In this document: in pieces, positions 22,288 to 33,164 of the stretch | How positions within the stretch are numbered: the first letter of the stretch is position 1 | Layout: every line of letters starts with the position of its first letter | Position numbers and translations under genes: made by a program | Origin: Thermostichus sp. DRC_bins_24 | GTDB taxonomy: Bacteria; Cyanobacteriota; Cyanobacteriia; Thermostichales; Thermostichaceae | Length of the DNA stretch: 64,000 bases | Direction: 5' to 3' | NCBI GenBank assembly: GCA_039794845.1 | Contig: JAUQVK010000115.1 | Coordinates: forward strand, 1-64,000 | The notes under the pieces: model-generated | Seen by the model: only the letters and a program-made list of their open reading frames with translations | Database searches by the model: none | What the model was told of the DNA's origin: nothing

Positions 22288-22884
22288 ATGTTGCCTCCCA
22301 TCGTACTGGCTTCGCAATCTCCCGCCCGCCGCCAATTGCTAGAGGCTGCCGGGATCCCCTACCGCGCTCAACCCAGCTATTTTGACGAAAGCCAAATTCA
22401 ACTGACGGATCCGGCGCAACTGGTGCAAAAACTAGCCTTAGCGAAAGCAGAGGTGGTGGCGGCCCAGCAACGGGATCCCGCTTTGGTGTTGGGGGCGGAT
22501 TCGGTACTCTATTTGCAGGGAGAGGTTTTGGGCAAGCCTGCGGATGCGGCAGAAGCAGAACGGCGTTGGCGACAAATGCGCGGCCAAGTGGGAGAACTCT
22601 ACACCGGCCATGCCTTGGTGGATACCGCCCAAGGTCGTCGCCTCACCCATTACGGCCTGACGCGGGTGTTTTTTGCCAAGCCCAGTGATGAGGAAATTCG
22701 CGCCTATGTGGCGACGGGAGAGCCTTTGGCCTGTGCTGGGTGTTTTGCCATCGATGGTCGTGGGGGGCTGTTTGTGGAGCGGATCGAGGGCTGCCACGGC
22801 AATGTCATCGGGCTGAGTTTGCCCTTGCTGCGGCACATGGTTCAAGAGTTGGGCTATTCCCTTACGGAAGCCTGGGATCCCTAG
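22288..22884 (+). CDS. maf: Maf nucleoside triphosphate pyrophosphatase
   Basis: [32 protein letters not shown]. Confidence 0.93.
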   Translation: MLPPIVLASQSPARRQLLEAAGIPYRAQPSYFDESQIQLTDPAQLVQKLALAKAEVVAAQQRDPALVLGADSVLYLQGEVLGKPADAAEAERRWRQMRGQVGELYTGHALVDTAQGRRLTHYGLTRVFFAKPSDEEIRAYVATGEPLACAGCFAIDGRGGLFVERIEGCHGNVIGLSLPLLRHMVQELGYSLTEAWDP

Positions 22885-23046
22885 CATTTGGACCGTGTAA
22901 ACCACCCAACTCCGACCGCTTAGGGGGTAGGAAGCAGGCTTTCAGCAGCCCTCAAGATAAGATCCTGCCAAGAACAAGACATCACTGGGTAAGCTTGTGT
23001 AGATCAATTGCTCCGTCCTACCGGGCAAGAGAAAAGCTGTGGCGCC

Positions 23047-24576
23047 ATGAAGATCGAACTCCTAAACATCCACAAGCGCTTCGGAACGGTACAGGCCAAC
23101 CGGGATGTATCTTTGCTGGTAGAGGCGGGAACCATTCACGGCCTGCTTGGGGAAAATGGGGCGGGCAAAAGTACGCTGGTCAAGATCCTGAGTGGCTTCT
23201 TGCGTTGTGATCAAGGGGAGATTCGTGTGGGTGGGCAGCCAGTTCAGATCGGCAGCCCCGCTGCTGCCATTCGACTGGGGATTGGTATGTTGCATCAGGA
23301 TCCCTTGGACTTTCCATCACTGACGGTTCTGGAGAACTTTATCGCGGGGCAACCGGGGCGCTTTGGCCTAGGGCGTGGAGAAAGCTTGCAGCGGCTGAGA
23401 AAGCTGTGCGAGGAATTTGGCTTTGCTCTCAACCCGGATGAGACGACGGGCGAGCTGACGGTGGGGGAACGGCAGCAACTGGAAATTCTGCGGCTGCTCT
23501 CGCTGGGGATTAACACCCTCATCTTGGATGAACCAACCACGGGTATTTCCGCCTCTCAAAAGGATCTCTTGTTTGCGGCGTTGCGGCGGTTGGCGGGCCA
23601 GGGTAAATCGGTGATTTTTGTCTCCCATAAGTTGGAGGATGTGGAACGCCTCTGCGACCGGGTGACGGTGATGCGACAAGGACAGGTGGTGGGAAATCTG
23701 CCCGTCAGAGAAGAAGACGGTTCTCCGGTGCCCTTAGAGCAGCGGCTGATCGACCTGATGTTTGGGCGGGAGTTGGCGGCTCCTGGGCGGATCCATCCTC
23801 CGGCGACAACGGTGGAGCCCCTGTTGGAACTGCGCTCGTTGCTGCTGCGGCAGAATCATTTCACCCTGGCAATGCCGGATCTGGCTGTGCAGGCGGGAGA
23901 GGTGATCGGTCTGGCGGGACTGGAAGGAAGCGGTCAACGGCAACTGTTACTGGCCTGTGCGGGGTTGCTACCTCCTCTTCGGGGGCAGATTCTATTGCGG
24001 GGGCAAGAGATGGTGGGCCGACCCTATGCAGAGTATTTGCGGCAGGGGGTGGGCTTTTCTCCGGCAGATCGGCTGCGGGAAGGGCTGATCCCCGGGTTAA
24101 CCTTGCAAGAGCACTTTGCCCTGCAACAACGGGATCCCTGGGTGAACTGGCCCCTAGCTCGTCAACAGGCCCAAGCCGCCATCGAGCACTTCAGCATTCG
24201 CGGACATGTCTACAGCCGGGTGGAGCAACTTTCAGGAGGGAACCAACAACGTAGCCAGTTGGCTCTTTTGCCCACACCCCTGACCCTTTTGCTGATGGAG
24301 CACCCCACGCGGGGGTTGGATGTTGAGTCGGCCCTGTGGGTCTGGGGGCAGTTACTGGAGCGTACCCAAACCGGCACAGCCATTTTCTTTGCTTCAGCAG
24401 ATTTGGACGAGATCGTGCAGTACAGCGACCGGGTGATGGTGTTCAGTGGTGGGCAGGTGTCCCAGCCCATTCCGGTGGGCGAGTTAACCGTTTCGCGGTT
24501 GGGGCAGATGATCGGTGGCAAGCTGCACGGGCTCCCAACCCAAAATGGACAGGGATCCACATCCCACAACCTGTAG
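23047..24576 (+). CDS. ABC transporter ATPase, tandem-domain CUT2 (sugar/nucleoside) type
   Basis: GENGAGKST, LILDEPT, LSGGNQQ, PTRGLDV. Confidence 0.92.
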   Translation: MKIELLNIHKRFGTVQANRDVSLLVEAGTIHGLLGENGAGKSTLVKILSGFLRCDQGEIRVGGQPVQIGSPAAAIRLGIGMLHQDPLDFPSLTVLENFIAGQPGRFGLGRGESLQRLRKLCEEFGFALNPDETTGELTVGERQQLEILRLLSLGINTLILDEPTTGISASQKDLLFAALRRLAGQGKSVIFVSHKLEDVERLCDRVTVMRQGQVVGNLPVREEDGSPVPLEQRLIDLMFGRELAAPGRIHPPATTVEPLLELRSLLLRQNHFTLAMPDLAVQAGEVIGLAGLEGSGQRQLLLACAGLLPPLRGQILLRGQEMVGRPYAEYLRQGVGFSPADRLREGLIPGLTLQEHFALQQRDPWVNWPLARQQAQAAIEHFSIRGHVYSRVEQLSGGNQQRSQLALLPTPLTLLLMEHPTRGLDVESALWVWGQLLERTQTGTAIFFASADLDEIVQYSDRVMVFSGGQVSQPIPVGELTVSRLGQMIGGKLHGLPTQNGQGSTSHNL

Positions 24577-24774
24577 AACACCCGATGGAGCAAGAGGGGA
24601 TCATCTCCTTCGGCATGATTTTCGGCACCTTATCCGTCCTTACCCGTAAGTAGTGGCCTTTCCGCTTCCGCTGGGGGAGCTTTGGCCATGTCAGCTTTTG
24701 TGTTGGGTTACGGATGAGGGGTTTGTGGCCACGATTCGCCGCTTTGAACAACCGGGCACCTCTGTTTGGTACTA

Positions 24775-24853
24775 CAGCTCTTGTGCAGGTCTTCTATGGT
24801 TTCCACAGCAAGATTTGCGCTTCCTGCTCCCGCTAGCGGGGTGCGGAGCACCA
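24775..24853 (+). mobile_element. MITE family 1, copy E (truncated left half with insert 1)
   Basis: TA-CAGCTCTTGTGCAGGTCTTCTA...GCGCTTCCTGCTCCCGC...GGAGCACC; right TIR absent. Confidence 0.65.
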
Positions 24854-24865
24854 TCCGGCCGGAAG

Positions 24866-24916
24866 TTGAGTTTGCAACACCTGTCCTCACCCCCGGCTCA
24901 GGGTGGGAGAGGGGAG
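24866..24916 (+). repeat. Dispersed GC-rich repeat; inverted homolog at 59942-59983
   Basis: TTGAGTTTGCAACACCTGTCCTCACCCCC...GGGAGA matches the reverse complement of 59942-59983. Confidence 0.65.
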
Positions 24917-24954
24917 TCAGAAGGTGTATCACTCTGGTTGGAATGCCTATAAAT

Positions 24955-25944
24955 CTAAATCTCTGGATTCCAGCAGGTTCCGAGGCTGGGTGCTTGCCCC
25001 ACCTGCCAAAGAGAAAGACTTTCGGCCCCGAGCGGATGGATACTCCAGGGATCCAGCTCAGAACCCAGCCATCCGTAGGGATCTACGGCAGCCGGTTGAG
25101 CGGAGTTGTTGCCCTCGAAGCGCCGCACCTCGAAATGCAGATGGGGGCCAGTGGAGCAGCCGCTGTTTCCCGAAAGGCCGATCACTTCTTCTGGAGTCAC
25201 CTCTTGCCCCTCTTGCACCTTAATTTGACTGAGATGAGTGTAATGGGTTTCAAACCGTAGGGTTGCGGTTCCATTGAGAGATCCCGGTTCGTGCAGAATA
25301 CGCACCCGTAGCCCCCTCACCCTACGGCCCAAACTTGGGCAATAAACCTCTGGCTCCTCACGGGCTAAGGTCACCCGTCCTACGGCTGCGGCCAAGATCG
25401 GGGTGCCCACCGGCATGGCCCAGTCGTAACCGGCGTGGCCATCGCTCTTACCACAGGGATGCTGCGGATGCGGGATCCACACTTGCCCCTGCACACTCAC
25501 AAAGCGGCCATTGCCATCTCCATCCCCCAGCGGCAGATCGTGGTCGAATAGGTTGCTCACAGCAAATTCCCCCACAAAAGGCTTATGCAAGAAGGGGAAA
25601 CGGGGAGGTTGAGGGGGCGGCGGCGGATCCCCAGAAGGCGGATAGGCGTAGGCCTCCAGATCCAGCCGGTAGCCCTCCAGGTCATGGCGTTGGGCGGGAT
25701 CCTCCGTCTGTCGATATAGGTGATCTACCAATTGCAGGGCTTGCACCCAGTCTTGACGATCCAAGGCGCGGGCCAGCTGGGCGTACATCCCCAAAGGGGA
25801 TCCCTGTTGCACCTTTAACTCATTGGCTCGACTGGATCGAAAGCCGGATTCTGGCAAGCGCTGGGCAAAAGCAAGCGGACTGTTTACGAATTGATACAAT
25901 AGACAGCAAAATATCAGCAGTGTCACCCTTGCCCATCGGGCCAT
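24955..25944 (-). CDS. M23 family metallopeptidase, secreted
   Basis: Signal peptide; HAGYD (HxxxD), YTHLS, STGPHLHFEVR; start chosen at MARWARV (26007 possible). Confidence 0.88.
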   Translation of the reverse strand: MARWARVTLLIFCCLLYQFVNSPLAFAQRLPESGFRSSRANELKVQQGSPLGMYAQLARALDRQDWVQALQLVDHLYRQTEDPAQRHDLEGYRLDLEAYAYPPSGDPPPPPQPPRFPFLHKPFVGEFAVSNLFDHDLPLGDGDGNGRFVSVQGQVWIPHPQHPCGKSDGHAGYDWAMPVGTPILAAAVGRVTLAREEPEVYCPSLGRRVRGLRVRILHEPGSLNGTATLRFETHYTHLSQIKVQEGQEVTPEEVIGLSGNSGCSTGPHLHFEVRRFEGNNSAQPAAVDPYGWLGSELDPWSIHPLGAESLSLWQVGQAPSLGTCWNPEI

Positions 25945-26161
25945 GGGAAGCAGATCAGTCTGTCGGGCACGCCGCATCCTTTCCAGGCTATCGGTTTCTC
26001 TCTTCATGGGTTGCAGGGAGACACAATGGCTCTGGTTAACCACCCTTCGGGAGTCCCTCATGCGTTGGTTTTCATCCTCTAGTGTTCCTGTCAGCCTGCC
26101 CTTCGCACCGGGGGGTGGGAGCCCCGGTGGCAAGTCTTCTGTGTTGCAGACCGTTTTGCCC

Positions 26162-27082
26162 ATGTCAGGCTCTGTGTGGCGGCGGCTGGAAACCCTGGCC
26201 CTCAGCTTGCACATTCTGTCGCTGTTTTTTGGGTTGGCGGGGTTGCTTTTGGTTGTACCGCATCCCGAGTGGATTGCCAGTTTGCCCCCGATTGGCATGC
26301 AGGCGTTCTCCCTGAGCATGGGCAATGGTGGCGTTGCCTACATGGTGTTTGGCATGATCGCGGCAGCTTTGATGGGATCCCGGCTGCTGGGGCTGCAGCG
26401 CATGGTGATGTTTTTGATCCCAGCCGTCGGTATTTCTTTGGGCAGTGAGCTGCTGGGCACGAGCACCGGTATCCCCTTTGGGGACTACGGCTACTTAAGC
26501 GGGCTGGGCTACAAGATTGCCGGACTCGTGCCCTTTACCATTCCTCTGTCTTGGTTTTACGTTGGCCTGTCCGCCTATTTGTTGGCCCGTGTGGCTTTGC
26601 AACATCAACGCCATTGGCTGATCCATTTCGAGGCGATCATGCTGGGGGCGTTGCTGCTGACGGCTTGGGATTTTGTCCTGGATCCGGCGATGACCCGCGG
26701 TTTGATTCCCTTTTGGACGTGGTTTCAACCGGGGCCTTTCTTCGGTATGCCCTTGCAAAATTTCGGGGGTTGGATGCTGACCGGGGCTGCTTTTATGGCA
26801 GTAGCCAACTGGCTCTGGGGTAAGGATCAGCCCGTTTTGAACCGCAGCGAGCTGCTGGGGCCGCTGGTGTTGTACGGGGCCAATTTCGGCTTTGCCCTGA
26901 TCATGAGCCTGGGATCCGGGATTGTTGCCCCGGCGGGGTTGGGGGTGTTGCTGGGTTTGGCCCCAGCCCTGGGAATGTGGTGGATGGCCAAGCCAGCTCC
27001 AGCATCGGCTATGGACGAAAAATCGGCGGCGGATTCTGCTTGGGAGGCTTTGGAGGATCCCAGCTTGGTCGGCGTGAAATAA
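26162..27082 (+). CDS. cruF: Carotenoid 1',2'-hydratase CruF
   Basis: Multi-TM; SELLGTSTG.PFG.Y.Y, VPFTIPLSWFY, WDFVLDPAM, GMPLQNF.GW. Confidence 0.88.
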   Translation: MSGSVWRRLETLALSLHILSLFFGLAGLLLVVPHPEWIASLPPIGMQAFSLSMGNGGVAYMVFGMIAAALMGSRLLGLQRMVMFLIPAVGISLGSELLGTSTGIPFGDYGYLSGLGYKIAGLVPFTIPLSWFYVGLSAYLLARVALQHQRHWLIHFEAIMLGALLLTAWDFVLDPAMTRGLIPFWTWFQPGPFFGMPLQNFGGWMLTGAAFMAVANWLWGKDQPVLNRSELLGPLVLYGANFGFALIMSLGSGIVAPAGLGVLLGLAPALGMWWMAKPAPASAMDEKSAADSAWEALEDPSLVGVK

Positions 27083-27101
27083 GACAGCACCCCGGGATCC
27101 C

Positions 27102-28163
27102 ATGAATTTTTGTAGCGACAACGTGACGGGGGCTTGCCCTGAGGTGATGGAGGCCTTGGTGGCTCTTAACCAAGGTTCGGCCATGCCTTATGGAGGGGAT
27201 GAGTGCACGGCCCAGTTACAGGGGATCTTTGCCGAGATCTTTGAGCACGAAGTGGCGGTGTTTCCGGTGGCAACGGGATCCGCAGCCAATGCCCTGGCGC
27301 TCTCGGTGCTCACGCCTCCCTATGGGGCAATTTATTGCCATCCCGAGGCCCACATCAATGTGGATGAATGCGGGGCGCCGGAACTGTTCACGGGTGGGGC
27401 AAAGCTGGTGGGGATCCCCGGAGAGCATGGCCGCATCGACTTGGACCAGTTGAAAACTGCCTTAGCCCACTCTGGGTTGGGGGTGGTTCATCATGTGCAG
27501 CCCACCAGCCTGAGCCTGACCCAGGCCACCGAAGCCGGTACGGTTTACGCTCTGGATCAGCTTGAGGCCTTGACTGATCTGGCCCATCATTTCGGCTTGA
27601 AAGTGCACATGGATGGGGCCCGCTTTGCCAATGCTGTGGTGAGTTTGGGATGTACACCTGCGGACATGACCTGGAAAGCGGGGGTGGATGTGCTCTCTTT
27701 TGGGGCCACCAAAAATGGTGCTTGGGCCGCGGAAGCGGTGGTGTTTTTTCAGCCGCAACTGGCCGGGGATTTTGAGTTTCGTCGCAAGCGTGGGGGGCAC
27801 CTCTTTTCAAAGATGCGCTTTCTTTCGGCTCAGTTGCAGGCTTACCTAAAAGATGAGGTGTGGTTGCACAATGCCCGTCATGCCAATGCCATGGCCCAAA
27901 AGCTGGTTGAGGGGTTGGGATCCCTGCCGGGAGCTGTGTGGGTGCATCCCCCTCAGGTGAATGAACTGTTTATTGAGCTACCGGAACCCGTTCTTCAGGC
28001 CCTTGAACAAACGGGGTTTCGGTTTTACCGCTGGCTGGGGGAAGACCACAACCAGATTCGCTTGGTCACGGCCTTTAATACTGCAGAGGCAGATGTGGAT
28101 CGTTTTTGCCGGGTAGCTTATGAAGCCAGTCAGGCGACATTTTCTGTAGAGGGGATCGGCTAA
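27102..28163 (+). CDS. ltaE: Low-specificity L-threonine aldolase
   Basis: F.SDN, YGGD, HMDGARFANA, SFGATKNG. Confidence 0.92.
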   Translation: MNFCSDNVTGACPEVMEALVALNQGSAMPYGGDECTAQLQGIFAEIFEHEVAVFPVATGSAANALALSVLTPPYGAIYCHPEAHINVDECGAPELFTGGAKLVGIPGEHGRIDLDQLKTALAHSGLGVVHHVQPTSLSLTQATEAGTVYALDQLEALTDLAHHFGLKVHMDGARFANAVVSLGCTPADMTWKAGVDVLSFGATKNGAWAAEAVVFFQPQLAGDFEFRRKRGGHLFSKMRFLSAQLQAYLKDEVWLHNARHANAMAQKLVEGLGSLPGAVWVHPPQVNELFIELPEPVLQALEQTGFRFYRWLGEDHNQIRLVTAFNTAEADVDRFCRVAYEASQATFSVEGIG

Positions 28164-28215
28164 AGCTCTGTGCCTGACCGGCCTGGTTTTCTCCCTATCA
28201 TGTGGGAAATCAATC

Positions 28216-28740
28216 TTAATCGCTTTGGGAAGGGATCCCATCGTTGGATTTCCCCTCAGGGTTGGGTAAGGCTGGCGTGGGATTTTTTTGCTTGGCATTA
28301 CCCCGCAATAAGCTGATCAGCAAACAGGCCACACCGATATTGATCGCCACATCCGCGACATTGAACACCGGAAAGCGAATCAAGATAAAGTTAAAAAAAT
28401 CCACCACATAGCCCGTGGTGAAGCGGTCGATACCATTGCCCACCGCCCCGGCCAAGACCAGGCCATAGCCCGCCTGTTCCCAGCGGCTCATGATCCCCCC
28501 CCGAATCGCCAGCAGCATCAAGGCCAGCGATACCCCCAAGGAGATCCACTTGAGAAACTCTCCCGACTCTTCAAACAGGCTCCAGGCAGCGCCAGTATTC
28601 TCCACATAGGTAAGGTGAAAAACCCCTGGCCACAGGCGAATTTCTGGCCCCGGCAGCAACCGTTCTACGGCCCAGCGTTTGGTCGCTTGATCCAAGATCA
28701 CGCCTAGGATCCCGGCCAGCCAGAAGCCCTTATTTTTCAT
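28216..28740 (-). CDS. lspA: Lipoprotein signal peptidase II
   Basis: DQ.TK, NTGAAWS, GA.GNGIDR...G.VVDF, FPVFNVAD. Confidence 0.95.
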   Translation of the reverse strand: MKNKGFWLAGILGVILDQATKRWAVERLLPGPEIRLWPGVFHLTYVENTGAAWSLFEESGEFLKWISLGVSLALMLLAIRGGIMSRWEQAGYGLVLAGAVGNGIDRFTTGYVVDFFNFILIRFPVFNVADVAINIGVACLLISLLRGNAKQKNPTPALPNPEGKSNDGIPSQSD

Positions 28741-29179
28741 GCTCAACTCACCTCGATTGCCGACATCAGCAAGAGCGCCCAGATTAGCACTTTCTCTATC
28801 CTGACATCCGGTTAGCGCCCTTCGGGATTCCTCTGGCCTACTTTTTCCCGCAGAAGCCATTTCCGGCAGAAGCCATTTGTCGCCCTCCGGCAAACCCCAC
28901 CTTCATCACGCCAGCCCTGTGGGGCGATTGGGTGCATCTCTCAGGTACATCGATGGGTTGGAGCAATTTGGATGCAGCGCGTATCCTCAGACATGTTGCG
29001 GTATCCACTACTATCGAGTGGATCCCTCCCCCGCCCAGCAAGGGGGTCTGTCTCATCTTGTCTCATACTTGTCTTGTCTCATACTTGAGTGAAGTTGGGA
29101 AAAGCTGTAGCTCACGCTCTCACTTTCATCCAACCTTTGCTGCCCTCGTTAAGATCAGGGCGATTGGGATCCAGGGATC

Positions 29180-31762
29180 ATGGGGCAAATGCGACGGTTA
29201 CGGCGGGGGCTGATCCTGTTGCTCTGCATTGGGATCGGGATCCTGGGGATCACGGGCTTAGCTGCCTTTTATGTGGATTGGGCTTGGTTTGCCGAATTAA
29301 ATGCCCTGTCGGTGCTATGGACGCGGGTGATCGCCCGCTGGGGGTTGGGCTTGGGCGCTTGGGCCTTTGCCTTGGTGGTGGTGGGATCCAACATTCGCTC
29401 CTGCTGGCGGGGAACAACCCTGACCGGAGCTTGGGGGATCGCCTTGGGTTTGAGTGGCTTTTTGGCCTGGTTGCTTTCCCATCACTGGTTTACGCTGCTG
29501 CTTTGGCTCAACCAAGGACCTGTTGGAGAAGCCGATCCGATCTTTAACCGCGATCTTAGTTTTTACCTCTTCAGCCTGCCCTTCTGGGAAACCCTACAGC
29601 ATTGGTGTTTCAACCTGGTGCTGCTCACCCTGATCACGACGGTAATCATCTACCTGGTGGAACTGGGGCTGTCTGAACAACGGTTAACCATGGCCCTTTC
29701 TCTGTTTGCCCAGCGGCATCTGTTGATTTTGGGGGGATCCCTGTTTTTGCTGCGGGCCTGGGGGCACTGGCTGGATCGCTATGAGCTGCTGTACTCCACA
29801 CGCGGGGTGGTGTTTGGGGCAAGTTTTACCGATGTACACGCGACGCTGCCGGCCACAACCTTGATGAGCGGGGTGGCGATCCTGACGGCAGTGGGCTTTT
29901 GGGTCTTGGCCAAGCAGGGTACCCGCCTGAGCTTACCCCTGCCGAAACAATGGTGTGGCCCCTGGGTCAGTTCTGTGGTGGCTCCCGCCTTGCTCTGGGG
30001 TGCCTACCTGGGCTTTGGGGCGCTGACGACGAGCCTATACCCCCAGTTGGTACAAACACTGCTGGTCTCCCCCAACGAGCTGGAGCTGGAGCGACCCTAC
30101 ATCGAACACAACATTCGCTTCACCCGCGCCGGTTTTGGCCTCAGCGACATCACGGTGCAGCCCTTCCCAGAGGAGGGATCCCTGACCGCCGAGGTGCTCG
30201 CCCAAAATCAACCCACCCTGACCAATGTGCGCCTTTGGGATGCGGATCCCCTGTTGGCTACCTATCGGCAGTTACAGGAAATTCGCCCCTACTACCAGTT
30301 CCCCTACGTGAATGTGGATCGCTACCGCATTGGGGGGGAATTGCGCCAGGTGATGCACGCAGCCCGCGAGCTGGATTTTGCCCAGGTTCCTGCCGCTGCG
30401 CAAACCTGGATCAATGAGCGCTTTTTCTACACCCACGGCTATGGACTCACCCTCAGCCCGGTCAATGTGGTAACCCCAGAAGGGCTGCCGGATTTTTTCC
30501 TGTCGGATATTCCGCCGCGCATTTCCCCCCGCTACCCAGAGGTGGCTGCTGTGCTACGGGTGGAGCAACCCTCTCTCTACTACGGCGAACTCACGACCAC
30601 CGATGTTTTCGTGGGCACCGAGGCGCGAGAACTGGATTACCCAACGGCGGATCGCTATGTGTACGGCCGCTACCAGGGTACGGGTGGCGTTCCGATTCCA
30701 CACCTTTGGCAACGTTTTCTCTTCGCTTGGCACTTTGGAGATTTGCGCATTCTCATCAGCCAAGAACTCTCAAAGGACAGCCGTTTTCTCTATCGCCGCC
30801 AAATTCGGGAGCGCATCCGCCTGCTGATGCCGTTTTTGCGCTACGACCAGGATCCCTACCTGGTGATCGCGGATGGAAAACTCTACTGGTTCCTGGATGC
30901 CTACACCACCAGCAACCGCTACCCCTACTCAGAGCACGCTGCCACTGCTTCTCCCTTCAACTACATTCGCAACTCCGTTAAAGGGGTGATGGATGCCTAC
31001 AACGGCAACCTCGACCTCTACATTGCCGAGCCGGAGGATCCCCTGATTCAGGCCTATGCCCGCATCTATCCCAACCTGTTCAAGCCCTTGAGCGATTTGC
31101 CCGGCCAGCTTCGGCAGCACATTCGCTACCCACAGGATCTTTTCCGCGTACAGGCGCAACAGTTCGCCACCTACCACATGGCGGATCCACGCATTTTCTA
31201 CAACCGTGAAGATCAGTGGCAGATCCCCAACCAATTTCGCAATCGTCGGCGCATCCCGATGCAGCCCCAGTATTTGATCTTGACGTTGCCGGATGAACAA
31301 GCACTTTCTGGCTCCAGCAACGCACCGGAATTCGTCTTGCTCTCCCCCTTTACCCCGCTCAACAAACAAAACATGGTTGGCTGGATGGCCGCCCGCTGTG
31401 ATGGTGAGAACTACGGCAAGCTGCTGGTTTATGAGTTTTCCAAGCAACGTCTCATCTACGGCCCCGAGCAGGTGGAAGCCCGCGTCAATCAGGATCCCGG
31501 CATTTCTGAGCAAATCGCCCTCTGGAACCAACATGGATCCCGGGTGAATCTGGGCACGCTTTTGGTGATCCCGATTGAGACTTCTTTGCTATATGTGCAG
31601 CCCCTTTACATCGAGGCGGAACAGGGTCGCCTGCCCCAACTGACGCGGGTGATCGCCGCTTATGAAGACCGGGTGGTGATGGCGTCGACTCTGGCCCAAG
31701 CCTTGGAAGCCCTCTTCCCGCCCGGCCATAGATCGACTCACGGCACGGCTAGCAGCGGATAG
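29180..31762 (+). CDS. UPF0182 family membrane protein
   Basis: DPIFNRDLSFYLFSLP, NVRLWD, YTHGYG, NYIRNSVK, YVQPLY. Confidence 0.93.
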   Translation: MGQMRRLRRGLILLLCIGIGILGITGLAAFYVDWAWFAELNALSVLWTRVIARWGLGLGAWAFALVVVGSNIRSCWRGTTLTGAWGIALGLSGFLAWLLSHHWFTLLLWLNQGPVGEADPIFNRDLSFYLFSLPFWETLQHWCFNLVLLTLITTVIIYLVELGLSEQRLTMALSLFAQRHLLILGGSLFLLRAWGHWLDRYELLYSTRGVVFGASFTDVHATLPATTLMSGVAILTAVGFWVLAKQGTRLSLPLPKQWCGPWVSSVVAPALLWGAYLGFGALTTSLYPQLVQTLLVSPNELELERPYIEHNIRFTRAGFGLSDITVQPFPEEGSLTAEVLAQNQPTLTNVRLWDADPLLATYRQLQEIRPYYQFPYVNVDRYRIGGELRQVMHAARELDFAQVPAAAQTWINERFFYTHGYGLTLSPVNVVTPEGLPDFFLSDIPPRISPRYPEVAAVLRVEQPSLYYGELTTTDVFVGTEARELDYPTADRYVYGRYQGTGGVPIPHLWQRFLFAWHFGDLRILISQELSKDSRFLYRRQIRERIRLLMPFLRYDQDPYLVIADGKLYWFLDAYTTSNRYPYSEHAATASPFNYIRNSVKGVMDAYNGNLDLYIAEPEDPLIQAYARIYPNLFKPLSDLPGQLRQHIRYPQDLFRVQAQQFATYHMADPRIFYNREDQWQIPNQFRNRRRIPMQPQYLILTLPDEQALSGSSNAPEFVLLSPFTPLNKQNMVGWMAARCDGENYGKLLVYEFSKQRLIYGPEQVEARVNQDPGISEQIALWNQHGSRVNLGTLLVIPIETSLLYVQPLYIEAEQGRLPQLTRVIAAYEDRVVMASTLAQALEALFPPGHRSTHGTASSG

Positions 31763-31792
31763 CGGATCCCTTCTCAGGGAGAGAGGGGAAGG

Positions 31793-31821
31793 TTGACGAA
31801 ACTTAACGGATAACTTAATCT
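31793..31821 (+). promoter_or_regulatory. Sigma70-type psbA promoter
   Basis: -35 TTGACG (31793-98), 17-bp spacer, -10 TAATCT (31816-21). Confidence 0.75.
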
Positions 31822-31831
31822 TAGGGTGTAA

Positions 31832-32932
<1,101 letters not shown>

Positions 32933-32978
32933 GGCTTAACTCAGCGACTCGAATCATTGGTCTAGTGAGTTGATTGGG

Positions 32979-33011
32979 ATCCCCTGGCTATGGCCGGGGG
33001 ATTTCTTTTTT
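32979..33011 (+). terminator. Intrinsic terminator after psbA
   Basis: Stem ATCCCCTGGC/GCCGGGGGAT followed by TTCTTTTTT. Confidence 0.8.
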
Positions 33012-33035
33012 CTGGTTTCTGGAGGTTTCTGGTTT

Positions 33036-33063
33036 CTGGAGGGCCCAGGAAACACAAGCCCTG
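33036..33063 (-). mobile_element. Short internal remnant of MITE family 1
   Basis: CAGGAAACACAAGCCCTG is the exact reverse complement of 20701-20718; preceding CTGGAGGGC matches copy F. Confidence 0.55.
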
Positions 33064-33164
33064 CCCTCCTACCTTCTCAAGAACTTAAGGACTCCGTGCC
33101 GCTGGGCGCAACGCTGTAGGAGGTTGTAATGAAATGTCTTGGCATTCTAGGCATTTTGGGTATT

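Noticed and set aside
25943..26325. Apparent long head-to-head overlap of the M23 peptidase and cruF ORFs
   Set aside because: Artefact of longest-ORF starts; plausible starts (25944 or 26007, and 26162) leave a normal divergent gap.
28838..29213. Short ORFs between lspA and UPF0182
   Set aside because: No recognisable motifs; they span tandem duplications in a probable divergent promoter region.
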